Shown: positions 47,336 through 56,516, counted from the stretch's first letter. The stretch is 64,000 nucleotides of DNA from an uncultured Gammaproteobacteria bacterium (GCA_964515785.1 CAZEWH010000002.1:30182-94181), one strand, 5' to 3'. Notes: generated by a model not told the origin, from the sequence alone. Translations and numbers: made by a program.

Positions 47336-47440
47336 TTATTTGAATGTAATTAAGATCATAGCTACTATAGCTAGAGCTATCAGGATGACCGTTGCTCTTG
47401 GTTTTATTAGCCACCTGAGCAGTTCTCCTAAGAGATACAT
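47336..47440 (-). CDS. Tiny hydrophobic peptide (34 aa) with a strong SD
   Basis: AAGGAGAT SD 6 nt upstream of the ATG; MYLLGELLRWLIKPRATVILIALAIVAMILITFK (single TM helix). Confidence 0.35.
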   Translation of the reverse strand: MYLLGELLRWLIKPRATVILIALAIVAMILITFK

Positions 47441-47483
47441 GTGATTATCTCCTTGTGCAAGGAACAGTGAACTAAAGTAGTTT

Positions 47484-47512
47484 AAATAAAAAAGGGAGTC
47501 TTGTCAACTCCC
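47484..47512 (-). terminator. Intrinsic terminator after the 26-aa peptide gene (gggagt-tgacaag-actccc + TTTTTTATTT on minus)
   Basis: 6-bp perfect stem followed by a T-run on the minus strand, 12 nt after the stop codon. Confidence 0.45.
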
Positions 47513-47524
47513 AGGAAAAAGGGC

Positions 47525-47605
47525 TTAGACAGCAGTGAAATGGGCTGCCAGAGCCATGACTATGAAAAAACCGAGCCAAGATAAGAAAAAGATTCTGCGA
47601 AACAT
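47525..47605 (-). CDS. Tiny hydrophobic peptide (26 aa) with its own consensus promoter, SD and terminator
   Basis: TAGGAGAA SD 6 nt upstream of the ATG; MFRRIFFLSWLGFFIVMALAAHFTAV. TTGACA-N17-TATACT promoter 55-80 nt upstream. Confidence 0.4.
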   Translation of the reverse strand: MFRRIFFLSWLGFFIVMALAAHFTAV

Positions 47606-47658
47606 GTTGTGTTCTCCTAAGGTTGTGGTGCAGTTTCTCCCTGTTATCAATGATATTA

Positions 47659-47687
47659 AGTATAGCATATTTTATATATTTTGTCAA
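47659..47687 (-). promoter_or_regulatory. Consensus sigma70-type promoter TTGACA-N17-TATACT (minus strand) driving the 26-aa peptide gene
   Basis: TTGACA is the revcomp of 47682-47687; TATACT is the revcomp of 47659-47664; exact 17-nt spacer. Confidence 0.45.
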
Positions 47688-47693
47688 GGATAT

Positions 47694-47735
47694 AAAACAA
47701 CCTCGAAGGTTTTTAAACCTTCGAGGTTGTTTAGT
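47694..47735. terminator. Strong hairpin (16-bp perfect stem aacaacctcgaaggtt/aaccttcgaggttgtt), terminator of the M23 peptidase gene
   Basis: Verified perfect inverted repeat with a 4-nt loop, directly downstream of the minus-strand stop at 47741. Confidence 0.7.
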
Positions 47736-47740
47736 AGATT

Positions 47741-49012
47741 TTATGGCAAATAGTTTAAAGGATTAACTGGTACACCATTAACACGTGTTTCAAAGTGTAA
47801 ATGAGGTCCAGATGATAATGGGCCAGCTCCTCTAGTACCAGGCATACCACCACTATAAGCAATTATTTGACCCTTAGAAACAAATTGGTCAGTAGATACT
47901 GAAAATTGATTAACATGACCATAAACAGTAGATAAATTATTGGCATGAACAACCATAATATAACTATAACCAGTTTGTCCTCCATCTTTTATTTTAGCCA
48001 CATAACCAGATTCTGCAGCCCTGAGAGGTGTGCCTTGTGGTACAGCAATATCTATAGCTGGATGTTCAAATATCCATCTGTATGGATAATCTGGATCATG
48101 GAAATAAGCAGTAATAGTTCGAGCTGATACTGGCCACATCAAACCATTACTTTCCAAACCAACTTGTTGTAATTCTCGATTAAGTTTTTCTCTAGCAATT
48201 TTTTCTAAATAAACTATGTCGTTGTTGATTTGTTCTTGTTCTTCTTTTGTTTGCTGGAGTAAAGCTTGAAAATTTGCTTCTTGACCTTCAGTAATAGACA
48301 TTAGATTGTATTTGGCAGATTTTTGTGAATCTAGTGTACCTTTTTTACCCTCTAGGACACTTTCTAAAATATCAAGCTCGCTTATTTCTGTTTTTAAATT
48401 ATCTTTGTCATTGTTCAGGGCCAATTTTATTTCATTTAGATCTTCGACTTCTTTGACTAGACTATCTTGCATGTTTTCTAGATGATCTATCTCAGCTAAA
48501 AAGTCAGAAAAATTATCATTGAGCAATAGGATTTCTACCATATTACTATCTTGTTGTTTACGATGTAGAGTACGGATAATTTCTGCAACAATTTCTTTTT
48601 GATCTTCAATTTCTCTTTCTTTGGCTTGGATTTTGAGTTCTGTGTTTTCTATTTTAAGATCTAGAGTTTCCATTTCTAATCCTACTTTGTCTACTTCCAG
48701 ATTGATCTTACCAATACTTTCATTCAAAGTACTGACTTGATTGGAAAGACTAGTCAACTCTCGTTGTTTAGCACTAATATTTTTTTTATAAACATCAATT
48801 TGGCGAGTAAGTTCTTGGATCTCTGACCTCTTTTCATTGATATCTTGGTTGATTTGCCAGGTTTCAACACTATTTAGATCATCTATAGTATATTCAGTAG
48901 CTTGAGTGGGGAGAGTATAAAAAACAGCACTAATAAAAGTGCTAATTAAGAAGATGTTTATAAATTTATTTGTTTTTGTTTTAACTAACATGTATAAGAG
49001 TATTTTTAGCAT
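47741..49012 (-). CDS. M23-family metallopeptidase with N-terminal coiled-coil (EnvC/murein-hydrolase-activator-like)
   Basis: N-terminal anchor, long coiled-coil (QxxLxxL heptads), C-terminal LytM domain (HANNLSTVYGHVN ... GPHLHFETRVNGVPVNP). Confidence 0.85.
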   Translation of the reverse strand: MLKILLYMLVKTKTNKFINIFLISTFISAVFYTLPTQATEYTIDDLNSVETWQINQDINEKRSEIQELTRQIDVYKKNISAKQRELTSLSNQVSTLNESIGKINLEVDKVGLEMETLDLKIENTELKIQAKEREIEDQKEIVAEIIRTLHRKQQDSNMVEILLLNDNFSDFLAEIDHLENMQDSLVKEVEDLNEIKLALNNDKDNLKTEISELDILESVLEGKKGTLDSQKSAKYNLMSITEGQEANFQALLQQTKEEQEQINNDIVYLEKIAREKLNRELQQVGLESNGLMWPVSARTITAYFHDPDYPYRWIFEHPAIDIAVPQGTPLRAAESGYVAKIKDGGQTGYSYIMVVHANNLSTVYGHVNQFSVSTDQFVSKGQIIAYSGGMPGTRGAGPLSSGPHLHFETRVNGVPVNPLNYLP

Positions 49013-49135
49013 ATATTATTATACCATAAAATATAAATTATAGCAAGTTATAACTTATCCACATACCTACGCTACCGTGCTTCGCCATAGCGGCTACGCG
49101 ACGGCAAGAAGCTTCGGCAATGCAGACAGCTAATA

Positions 49136-50530
49136 TTATAGCTTATCAATGGCTTGTTTTATTCTTTTTAAGCTTTCTTCTTTTCCTAAAAACTCAAGTA
49201 TTTCTACTGGAGAGGGAGATTTTTCTAGACCAGATAAAGCCATACGTAATGGCCAAAAAACATCGCCAGGGTTGAGTTTATTTTTTTCAACTACTTCAGT
49301 TATGACTATATTTAGATTATCTTGTGTCCAATCATCTGTTGTTTCCAGAATTTGATAAGAAGAATTTAGACCTAGTTTAGTTTTTTTCTCATCACTTTTT
49401 TTGAAAATCAATAATTTACCAGGATATTCTGGTAATTGCCACAAAAAAGCAGACAGCTCTTTGAGCTCAGCTAAATTATTTATTCTAGAGCCAAAAAGTT
49501 TTAATATTTCTTCTGGTTTATTATCTACAAAATTGCTAGTAAGTTTTATTAGATTATTATAATCGTCTCCTCTACTCTTTAAAATTTGTCGGATATATTC
49601 AGCATTAAACCAATTTAGTTTTTGTAAATCAAAAACCGCGCCAGCTTTATTTATTTGTTTAGTGTTAAATGCTTTCATTAATTCTTCTAAAGAAAACAAC
49701 TCTTGGTCATTGCCAGGATTCCAGCCCAGAAGAGCTACATAATTGAGTAAAGCTTGAGGTAAATAGCCTTTAGCCAAAAAGTCTTCAACTGCTACATCAC
49801 CTTGGCGTTTGGATAATTTTGATTTATCTGGATTTAATAATAGTGGAAGATGTATAAATACAGGCAATTTATAATCTAAAGCATCGTATAATAGTTTATG
49901 TTTAGGTAGAGATGGTAGCCATTCTTCACCTCTGATCACATGAGAGATTTTCATGGCATAATCATCTATAACATTGGCTAGATGATAAGTTGGCCAGCCA
50001 TCAGATTTAAGAATTACAAAATCATCCAAGTCTTCAGACTTTACAGAAATTTTACCATGAACACTATCCTCTACTTCGATAATTTGATTGGCAGGAATTT
50101 TGAATCTAATTACAAATTTGTTTTTATTATCTGGTTCTGCTTCCAAATCACGGCAATGATTGTCATATTTTGGTACTTGTTTATTGGCTTGTTGTTTTTC
50201 TCGTAATTCTTTGAGTCTTTCAGAAGAACAGTAGCACTTATAAGCTATTTTTTTATTGACTAATTCTTCAGCAATTGCCTGATAAGTTTTTAGTCTATCT
50301 GATTGCTTGATAATTTTGTTATCATGTTCAAGATTTAAATCAACTAGAGTTTTGATAAGTTTTTTTTCAGCGCCAGCTACCAGACGGGCTTGGTCTGTGT
50401 CCTCTATTCGTAAAACAAATTCACCTTTGTTTTGTTTGGCAAATAAATAGTTAAACAAGGCTGTCCGTAAACCGCCAATATGCAAATATCCTGTTGGACT
50501 GGGAGCAAATCTAGTTTTTATTTTTGACAT
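49136..50530 (-). CDS. gltX: Glutamate--tRNA ligase
   Basis: FAPSPTGYLHIGGLRTALFNY (HIGH region) and KLSKRQG (KMSKS-like). Confidence 0.9.
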   Translation of the reverse strand: MSKIKTRFAPSPTGYLHIGGLRTALFNYLFAKQNKGEFVLRIEDTDQARLVAGAEKKLIKTLVDLNLEHDNKIIKQSDRLKTYQAIAEELVNKKIAYKCYCSSERLKELREKQQANKQVPKYDNHCRDLEAEPDNKNKFVIRFKIPANQIIEVEDSVHGKISVKSEDLDDFVILKSDGWPTYHLANVIDDYAMKISHVIRGEEWLPSLPKHKLLYDALDYKLPVFIHLPLLLNPDKSKLSKRQGDVAVEDFLAKGYLPQALLNYVALLGWNPGNDQELFSLEELMKAFNTKQINKAGAVFDLQKLNWFNAEYIRQILKSRGDDYNNLIKLTSNFVDNKPEEILKLFGSRINNLAELKELSAFLWQLPEYPGKLLIFKKSDEKKTKLGLNSSYQILETTDDWTQDNLNIVITEVVEKNKLNPGDVFWPLRMALSGLEKSPSPVEILEFLGKEESLKRIKQAIDKL

Positions 50531-51248
50531 ATCTATTTTTAAATATTAAAAAAGGGAAAATAACTACAGCTTTATAAATTCTAATGATCCTATGTGGCTT
50601 TGGTCTACAAAGTAAACGCCAAAACCATTCCATTCCCAAACTACGTATTATTTTTGGGGCTCTTTTAATTGTACCAGATAAAAAATCAAAAGTCCCGCCT
50701 ACTCCGACTGCTATTTTGACACTAGGTAGTTTATTTATATTTTCATAAATCCACATATCCTGATAAGGTGCACCAAAGCCTACCAACAAAATATCTGGTT
50801 TAAAAATATCACATTTTTCTTGAGCTGTACTTTCAGTAGCTACTTGAAAGTCTAATTGAGGATATTTTTCTTTGATACCAATAAAGAAGTTGTCAGGATT
50901 AGTCAAACCATATTCGTTTAATAAAAAAAGTATTTTGTGATTATTGGCTACACTAAATTTTATGAGTATTTTACTCAATGAAACGCCGGTCATGCGGTCA
51001 TCTAAAGTGACTTTGTGACCCATTGTTTGTAAGGCTTTGATAATACCAGCACCATCTATAGTAGCTAGACTAGCTTCATTGATGACATTGAGAAATTTTT
51101 TATCTTTTTGAGCACCAACTACAAATTCAGGATTGACTGTTACTACTTGATGTTGGTTATCTGACTGTAAAAAAGTCCGCAATAGTTGTTTTACTATATG
51201 GCGGGGAAGAGTTTGAACTTTGACATTTAAGATTCTGTATTCTTTCAT
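50511..51248 (-). CDS. WecB/TagA/CpsF family glycosyltransferase (GT26, N-acetylmannosaminyl/glucosyl transferase-like)
   Basis: GFGAPYQDMWI and GMEWFWRLLCRPKPH family signatures. Confidence 0.8.
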   Translation of the reverse strand: MKEYRILNVKVQTLPRHIVKQLLRTFLQSDNQHQVVTVNPEFVVGAQKDKKFLNVINEASLATIDGAGIIKALQTMGHKVTLDDRMTGVSLSKILIKFSVANNHKILFLLNEYGLTNPDNFFIGIKEKYPQLDFQVATESTAQEKCDIFKPDILLVGFGAPYQDMWIYENINKLPSVKIAVGVGGTFDFLSGTIKRAPKIIRSLGMEWFWRLLCRPKPHRIIRIYKAVVIFPFLIFKNRYVKNKN

Positions 51249-51796
51249 AAGTCAAAACTTTGTAAAGTAGTATAATGGGGACCTTTTTTGCTTAGAACAC
51301 TTTCTATTAAAACGAAAGAATTTATACTAAATATTTTGTTTGTTTTAAAATTTTGCCAGTCAGTAAATTCATCCATAGTAGCACTTTGTTTGACACGGGC
51401 TATAGTCAGATGTGGCTTGAAACGACGAACCTCTTTGTGAGCTAGACCAGCGTCAAATAAGCTTTGGTCTATTTTATTATATAATTCTTGTAGTGTTTCA
51501 TTGGTTTGTAGGCCAATACTCAAAACTTGTGGCCTTTTTTCATTAAAAATTTGAGTCTTATCAGTGATAAGTTCTATATTATCTTCAGATAATTTAATTT
51601 TTTGTAAAGCATTAATAATATCTGGAATTTTTTCAATAGGCGTTGGTCCCAAAAATTTGAGAGTCAGGTGCATATTGTCTGGTTCTACTATTTTTAATTT
51701 TTCCCACGGCAAATCTAGAGATTCGAATCCTTTGTGGATATCTCTAGTTAAGGCGCCTTCCAAGGGCAAACTTATAAACAATCTAGCTTGATCCAT
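51245..51796 (-). CDS. RNA 2',3'-cyclic phosphodiesterase / 2'-5' RNA ligase (2H phosphoesterase, LigT/ThpR)
   Basis: Two H-x-T/S-x motifs: HLTLKFLG and HLTIARVK. Confidence 0.8.
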   Translation of the reverse strand: MDQARLFISLPLEGALTRDIHKGFESLDLPWEKLKIVEPDNMHLTLKFLGPTPIEKIPDIINALQKIKLSEDNIELITDKTQIFNEKRPQVLSIGLQTNETLQELYNKIDQSLFDAGLAHKEVRRFKPHLTIARVKQSATMDEFTDWQNFKTNKIFSINSFVLIESVLSKKGPHYTTLQSFDL

Positions 51797-51895
51797 GGCT
51801 TTATTCTATCTGAAAAACAACTAAAAATCAATTGGCGATTTTTTTCATTTTTTGTTATAATATGGATACTAAAAATTAATAATTAACAAAAATAA

Positions 51896-53335
51896 ATGAA
51901 CAAAATTTTTATTATATTTTTATTATTTATTATAGCTTTACCTAGTACTAGTCTAGCAGCTGATTATAATAATATTATATCTGATGAAGATGTTTCTTAT
52001 TATGAATCAATGACTCAAGTTGAGATCAAAGATTTTTTGCGTAGCAATAACAGTTATTTAGCTAATTATTGGTATACTGGTGACAATCCTGGTCCAGTTG
52101 AACTAGCCAATGACCCAGAAGCTGAGGAAGATTATATCAAACAACGTTCAGCTACTGAGATTATTTATAATGCAGCTTATGAATCAAAAATTAATCCTCA
52201 ATTTTTGCTAACTATGTTGCAAAAAGAAATGGGCTTAGTAGAAGACGCTGATCCAGTAGAAAATCAACTGGCCTATGCCATGGGTTATGATTGTCCAGAC
52301 TCTGGTGGTTGTAATTTTCGTACCAAAGGTTTTGGTAAACAAGTTCGGGCTACTGCTCAACAATTTCGTTGGTATATAGACAATATCAATCAGTATAATT
52401 GGCGACCAGGTGTGCCAGCTTGTGCTGATGATCCCAATCCTTTTACTCCTTGTACTTCTCAAGGTACTTTAGTCACCCCAGCCAATGCTATTACAGCTGC
52501 TATGTATCTCTATACTCCTCATATCCATGGTAATACTTTATTCGCTACTCTATGGGATAAATATGGTTTTAGTGGTAGCGTACCTATTGCTAGTCTGACT
52601 GGTATTTTTCCTAGTGGTGCTCTAGTAAAAGCTATTGACGGTGAAGACATTTTCTTGATTTCTGATGGAGTCAAAAGACAATTTGCTTCTATGAGTGCTC
52701 TGATCTCTCGTTATGATCCACAAAAAGTCTTGGCAGTAGATGCTACTGAACTCACCAAATATGAAGATGGTAATGAAATTGCTTTTACCAATTATTCTGT
52801 CCTAGAAAATGCAACTGGTGATCGTTATTTAATAGACGGTTTACAAAAACGTCTAATAGTTTCTGATGAAGCTTTTCGTCAATTAGGATTCAATGTTGCT
52901 GAAGTAGAATCAGCTACTGCTAGTGAATTGGCTAGTTTTTCAGATGGAGCCGATCTTGATGAAGACAGCTCTAGTCCTTTTGCTGAAGTTTGGCAAGATA
53001 GTGCGTCAGAAAAATATTTCTATATCAAAGATGGTACCAAAGCCCCACTTATTGATTTATCTATAGTAGAGTCCAATTTTCCAGATTTTGTAGTAAAAGA
53101 AGTAACTCCTTTTACTCTAGAAAATCTAGACCAGGTTGCTCCTGTCAAATTACTTGATGGTACTTTGATTAAAAAAGCCACTGATTCTCGAGTTTATGTT
53201 ATTTCTGATGGTTTACGCCGCTTGATCCCTGATGAAGCAGTCTTTACAGCTATGGGTTATAGCTGGACCAATATCATAACTATGCCAAACAAAGTCATGA
53301 ATTTTCATGCTTTGGGTCAAGAATTAAGTCTCTAA
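51896..53335 (+). CDS. Secreted hypothetical protein with four C-terminal ~45-aa repeats
   Basis: Signal peptide (IIFLLFIIALPSTSLA). Cys-containing central domain. Repeats of pattern (F/Y)(L/V)I(S/D)DG.(K/R)R.I.......(L/M)G(F/Y) appear four times. Confidence 0.5.
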   Translation: MNKIFIIFLLFIIALPSTSLAADYNNIISDEDVSYYESMTQVEIKDFLRSNNSYLANYWYTGDNPGPVELANDPEAEEDYIKQRSATEIIYNAAYESKINPQFLLTMLQKEMGLVEDADPVENQLAYAMGYDCPDSGGCNFRTKGFGKQVRATAQQFRWYIDNINQYNWRPGVPACADDPNPFTPCTSQGTLVTPANAITAAMYLYTPHIHGNTLFATLWDKYGFSGSVPIASLTGIFPSGALVKAIDGEDIFLISDGVKRQFASMSALISRYDPQKVLAVDATELTKYEDGNEIAFTNYSVLENATGDRYLIDGLQKRLIVSDEAFRQLGFNVAEVESATASELASFSDGADLDEDSSSPFAEVWQDSASEKYFYIKDGTKAPLIDLSIVESNFPDFVVKEVTPFTLENLDQVAPVKLLDGTLIKKATDSRVYVISDGLRRLIPDEAVFTAMGYSWTNIITMPNKVMNFHALGQELSL

Positions 53336-53342
53336 ATAATTT

Positions 53343-54131
53343 ATGATAGTTTTCTCTTGTTTTGTACCACACTCTCCTCTGCTGATTCCTGAAGTTGGTC
53401 AAGACAAACTAACAGATTTAGAACAAACTAGCAAAGCTTATCAGGCTTTGGAGGATGATCTTTATACAGCCAAACCTGATGTGATTGTGGTTATTTCTCC
53501 TCATGCAAATGGACATGAGGATGCTTTTGTTATCAATCAACAGCCCAATTTTAGTGCTGACTTTAAAGATTTTGGTGATCTAGTGACCAAACTTGATTTT
53601 AGCAATGACACAGCTTTGGGTTATAAAATAAAAGAAGCAGCTGAGACTTCTTTGCCGATTTTTTTGACAGCCTCTGATAAACTTGATTATGGAGTGGGAG
53701 TGCCTTTGTATTTTTTGACTCAACATTTACAAAATATAAAAATTGTTCAGATTAGCTATGATGGTATGAAGACTGAAGATTATATCAAATTTGGTGAGTT
53801 ACTTAAAGAAGAAATTCATAAATATGACAAGCGTGTAGCTATAGTTGCTTCTGGTGATCTGTCTCATAGATTATCACAAGATTCTCCGGCTGGGTTTTCT
53901 CCTCAAGGCCAAGACTTTGATGATCAGATCAAAAAATATTTGGATAAAAAAGAGATCAATAAAATTATTGATCTAAAACCCGAGTTTGTAGAAGCGGCTG
54001 GAGAATGCGGCTATCGTTCGCTGTTGATTTTATTGGGAGCTATCAAAAATATAAATTTTGAACCACAGCAACTCAGCTACGAATCCCCTTTTGGTATTGG
54101 TTATTTAGTAGAGAATTTTGATTTAAAATAA
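53343..54131 (+). CDS. MEMO1/LigB-family protein (class III extradiol dioxygenase subunit B-like; AmmeMemoRadiSam system protein B-like)
   Basis: CFVPHSPLLIPEVG ... VISPHANGHED ... SGDLSHRL His-rich metal-site pattern and the size of the family. Confidence 0.5.
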   Translation: MIVFSCFVPHSPLLIPEVGQDKLTDLEQTSKAYQALEDDLYTAKPDVIVVISPHANGHEDAFVINQQPNFSADFKDFGDLVTKLDFSNDTALGYKIKEAAETSLPIFLTASDKLDYGVGVPLYFLTQHLQNIKIVQISYDGMKTEDYIKFGELLKEEIHKYDKRVAIVASGDLSHRLSQDSPAGFSPQGQDFDDQIKKYLDKKEINKIIDLKPEFVEAAGECGYRSLLILLGAIKNINFEPQQLSYESPFGIGYLVENFDLK

Positions 54132-54187
54132 TATATTATATTTTAAACTATCTCACTTTTTGGTGGGGTGTTTTTTGTTAGATTGAC

Positions 54188-54216
54188 AAAATATATATAA
54201 TACATTATAACTATAT
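54188..54216 (+). promoter_or_regulatory. Candidate promoter TTGACA-N17-TATAAC for the 147-aa gene
   Basis: Exact TTGACA at 54188-54193, about 45 nt upstream of an AAAAGGAG SD and the ATG at 54264. Confidence 0.35.
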
Positions 54217-54263
54217 TATAAAAAGTACCTTAACTTTATCCTAGTTTCAAAAAGGAGCGCAAT

Positions 54264-54707
54264 ATGGAGGGACCAGTAGTAGTTTTTTGGTTTTTGGTTG
54301 TCAGCGCTATTCTTTGGATAATTTTTGGCGATTTTATAAAATCGAACAAGAAATCCACTTCATCAGTCAAACAGAAGGAGGAGACTGTGAACAGTAATCA
54401 GTTACCGGTTGTGACACCGGACATTTTGCCAGCTCGTCGGTCTATTCTGGATTCGTATGGTTGGAATAATACGCCAACTGTGATATCATCTCCGGAACCA
54501 GAAGCAGTCTTAGCTAGTCATAATCCGCGTATAGCTCTTAAGGTTTTGAAAACTGCTCAGCAGGGTGAGTTTGCTCGCATTACTGCTCTGCAGATGGCTG
54601 GTGTAGCTAGTCAGGCCTTGCTCGTCAATCCACAGGTTCGTGAGATTGAGTTCAATCTCAAAGTTAGTGGTGGCTTTAAAGCCAAGGGCAAGGTGAGGTT
54701 ACGGTGA
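54264..54707 (+). CDS. Hypothetical protein (147 aa) with an N-terminal TM anchor
   Basis: AAAGGAG SD; N-terminal hydrophobic helix (VVFWFLVVSAILWIIFG). About 44% GC. No family recognised. Confidence 0.45.
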   Translation: MEGPVVVFWFLVVSAILWIIFGDFIKSNKKSTSSVKQKEETVNSNQLPVVTPDILPARRSILDSYGWNNTPTVISSPEPEAVLASHNPRIALKVLKTAQQGEFARITALQMAGVASQALLVNPQVREIEFNLKVSGGFKAKGKVRLR

Positions 54708-54731
54708 AATCCATAACCTTTAACCATATAA

Positions 54732-54772
54732 CCCCCTAAGTCGTTGGTATACGTCTAGGGGGTAATTTTTTT
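54732..54772. terminator. Bidirectional intrinsic terminator (cccccta ... taggggg + TAATTTTTTTA)
   Basis: 7-bp GC stem with a long loop then a T-run. Lies between the convergent 147-aa (+) and 86-aa (-) genes. Confidence 0.5.
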
Positions 54773-55031
54773 ATTTATCACTAATTAATTTAAAAAAGTA
54801 TTTCCACTTTTCTCCACCCTCGGCTAATTCTTTGGTATCATCTAAACATTTTTCTACAAAATTTTTGTCGTTGTCTTTGCAGATTTTAAAAATAGAATTG
54901 CGCTTGAACCCTGGTATACCCAGTTCATCGATAATACGTAAAGCCAAATCCTGCCACTGATAAGCAGGGGGCTTTTTCACAGGCTTTTTGTCTTCTTTTT
55001 TTTCTTGAAATATATCGGCTATTTGTTGCAT
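54771..55031 (-). CDS. Hypothetical small soluble protein (86 aa), K/E-rich
   Basis: AT-rich like the host. No motifs recognised. Confidence 0.35.
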   Translation of the reverse strand: MQQIADIFQEKKEDKKPVKKPPAYQWQDLALRIIDELGIPGFKRNSIFKICKDNDKNFVEKCLDDTKELAEGGEKWKYFFKLISDK

Positions 55032-55050
55032 ATTGTAATTATAGCAGAGA

Positions 55051-55079
55051 TTGACAAAAAATCATAAATATTTTATAAT
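55051..55079 (+). promoter_or_regulatory. Consensus sigma70-type promoter TTGACA-N17-TATAAT upstream of def
   Basis: Exact hexamers at 55051-55056 and 55074-55079. Confidence 0.45.
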
Positions 55080-55086
55080 ATAAGCT

Positions 55087-55584
55087 ATGTTAAAAATAAC
55101 TAAATATCCAGCCGAAATTTTACGTCAAAACGCTAAGCCAATTAGCGAATTTGATGATGCTTTGAAAAAATTGGCTGAAGATATGGCCAAGATCATGTAT
55201 GAAGATGATGGTATTGGTCTGGCTGGGCCACAAGTATCTTTGTCCAAAAATATTATTATAATTGGTGATCAAGACGGCAAATCTTGGCAAGCTTATATAA
55301 ATCCAGTGATTACTTATATTTCTAAAAACACTACTACTACTGAAGAAGGTTGCTTATCTTTACCTGATATATTTGGTAATGTGACTCGTCCCAAAAAGAT
55401 TAGATTCAAATATCAAGATCTTGATGGCAAGACTCATAAGGCTAAAGCTAAAGGTCTAGATGCTATAATTGTCCAACATGAGATAGATCATCTCAACGGC
55501 GTGCTGTTTATTGATAGAGCTGATAAAATAACTAAAGGCCAAGAAATTTTAGATAGTTTAAAAAATAATGCAAACAATAAATAA
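55087..55584 (+). CDS. def: Peptide deformylase
   Basis: GIGLAGPQV, EGCLSLPD and QHEIDHLNG motifs. Confidence 0.9.
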   Translation: MLKITKYPAEILRQNAKPISEFDDALKKLAEDMAKIMYEDDGIGLAGPQVSLSKNIIIIGDQDGKSWQAYINPVITYISKNTTTTEEGCLSLPDIFGNVTRPKKIRFKYQDLDGKTHKAKAKGLDAIIVQHEIDHLNGVLFIDRADKITKGQEILDSLKNNANNK

Positions 55585-56482
55585 AAAAATTATCTTTTGG
55601 GGCACTCCCCTTTTTGCATTGCCAAGTCTCAAAGTTTTGCATGATTTAGATTTAGTAGCTGCTGTAGTTACTCAAGCAGATAAACCAGCTGGCCGTGGAA
55701 AAAAAATATTAGCTAGCCCTGTCAAAGAATTTGCTAAAAATAATAATATAGATATTTTAGAGCCTCTTAAATTAGATGAGGCTTTTATTGATGATTTAGA
55801 AAAATATTTGCCAGCCAATTTTGTGGTAGTAGCTTATGGTAAGATAATTCCTCAAGAAATTTTGGATTTATCTAAGATGCCAGCTATAAATATTCATCCC
55901 TCTATGCTCCCAATTTTGCGTGGGCCATCCCCTATTCAAACTGCCATTTTAAGGGGTTTTGACTCTACTGGAGTATCTTTGATGCAATTGGATAAAAAGA
56001 TGGACCATGGGCCAATTTTAGGCCAAATTCAGGTCAAAATAGGGCCAAATGAGGACTATTTTGACCTATCTGAGCGTTTGGCTAAACTAGGAGCAGATTT
56101 ACTCAAAAATAATATTGTCTCTTATCTAGAGTGTCAGCTCAATGCCAAATTTCAAGATGATACAAAAGCTACTTTTTGTCAGATGATTGCCAAAGCAGAT
56201 GGTCAAATAAGCTGGCAAAAAACCGCTCAAGAATTGCACAATCAAGTACGAGCCTATATAGAATGGCCAGGTAGTTTTGTTAAATTAAATAATTTAGATC
56301 TAAAAATTATTCAAACTAAAATTTCAGATCAAGATTTAGAGCCTGGTAAAATTTTAATAAATAATAATAAATTATTTATAGGTACTAATAATAAATCTCT
56401 AGAAATATTAAAAATTCAACCGGCTGGTAAAAAAGTCATGACAGCTGATGAATTTATACGAGGTTATAAAAATAAATTATAA
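55568..56482 (+). CDS. fmt: Methionyl-tRNA formyltransferase
   Basis: IIFWGTP ... N-terminal formyltransferase domain (HPSMLP...RG) and a C-terminal domain; def-fmt synteny. Confidence 0.9.
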   Translation: MQTINKKIIFWGTPLFALPSLKVLHDLDLVAAVVTQADKPAGRGKKILASPVKEFAKNNNIDILEPLKLDEAFIDDLEKYLPANFVVVAYGKIIPQEILDLSKMPAINIHPSMLPILRGPSPIQTAILRGFDSTGVSLMQLDKKMDHGPILGQIQVKIGPNEDYFDLSERLAKLGADLLKNNIVSYLECQLNAKFQDDTKATFCQMIAKADGQISWQKTAQELHNQVRAYIEWPGSFVKLNNLDLKIIQTKISDQDLEPGKILINNNKLFIGTNNKSLEILKIQPAGKKVMTADEFIRGYKNKL

Positions 56483-56484
56483 TA

Positions 56485-56516
56485 TCAAAAAACCGGGCCT
56501 AGGCCCGGTTTTTTAT
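56485..56516. terminator. Bidirectional intrinsic terminator (A-run, ccgggcc-ta-ggcccgg, T-run)
   Basis: Perfect 7-bp GC palindrome flanked by A7 and T6. Lies between convergent fmt and the S41 peptidase gene. Confidence 0.7.

Noticed and set aside
47472-47753. Track ORFs 47472..47687(-) and 47535..47753(+) in the GC-rich spacer
   Set aside because: Neither has an SD. Both overlap the SD-preceded 26-aa peptide gene and its promoter. The + ORF would read through the 16-bp terminator hairpin. Translations lack hydrophobic or structural signatures.
51718-51735. gattcgaatcc (tRNA T-arm-like word) and search for tRNA genes in general
   Set aside because: The word lies inside the LigT/ThpR coding sequence with no acceptor or anticodon stem context. 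No spacer in the window folds into a cloverleaf. No tRNA, rRNA or CRISPR repeat array was detected by eye.
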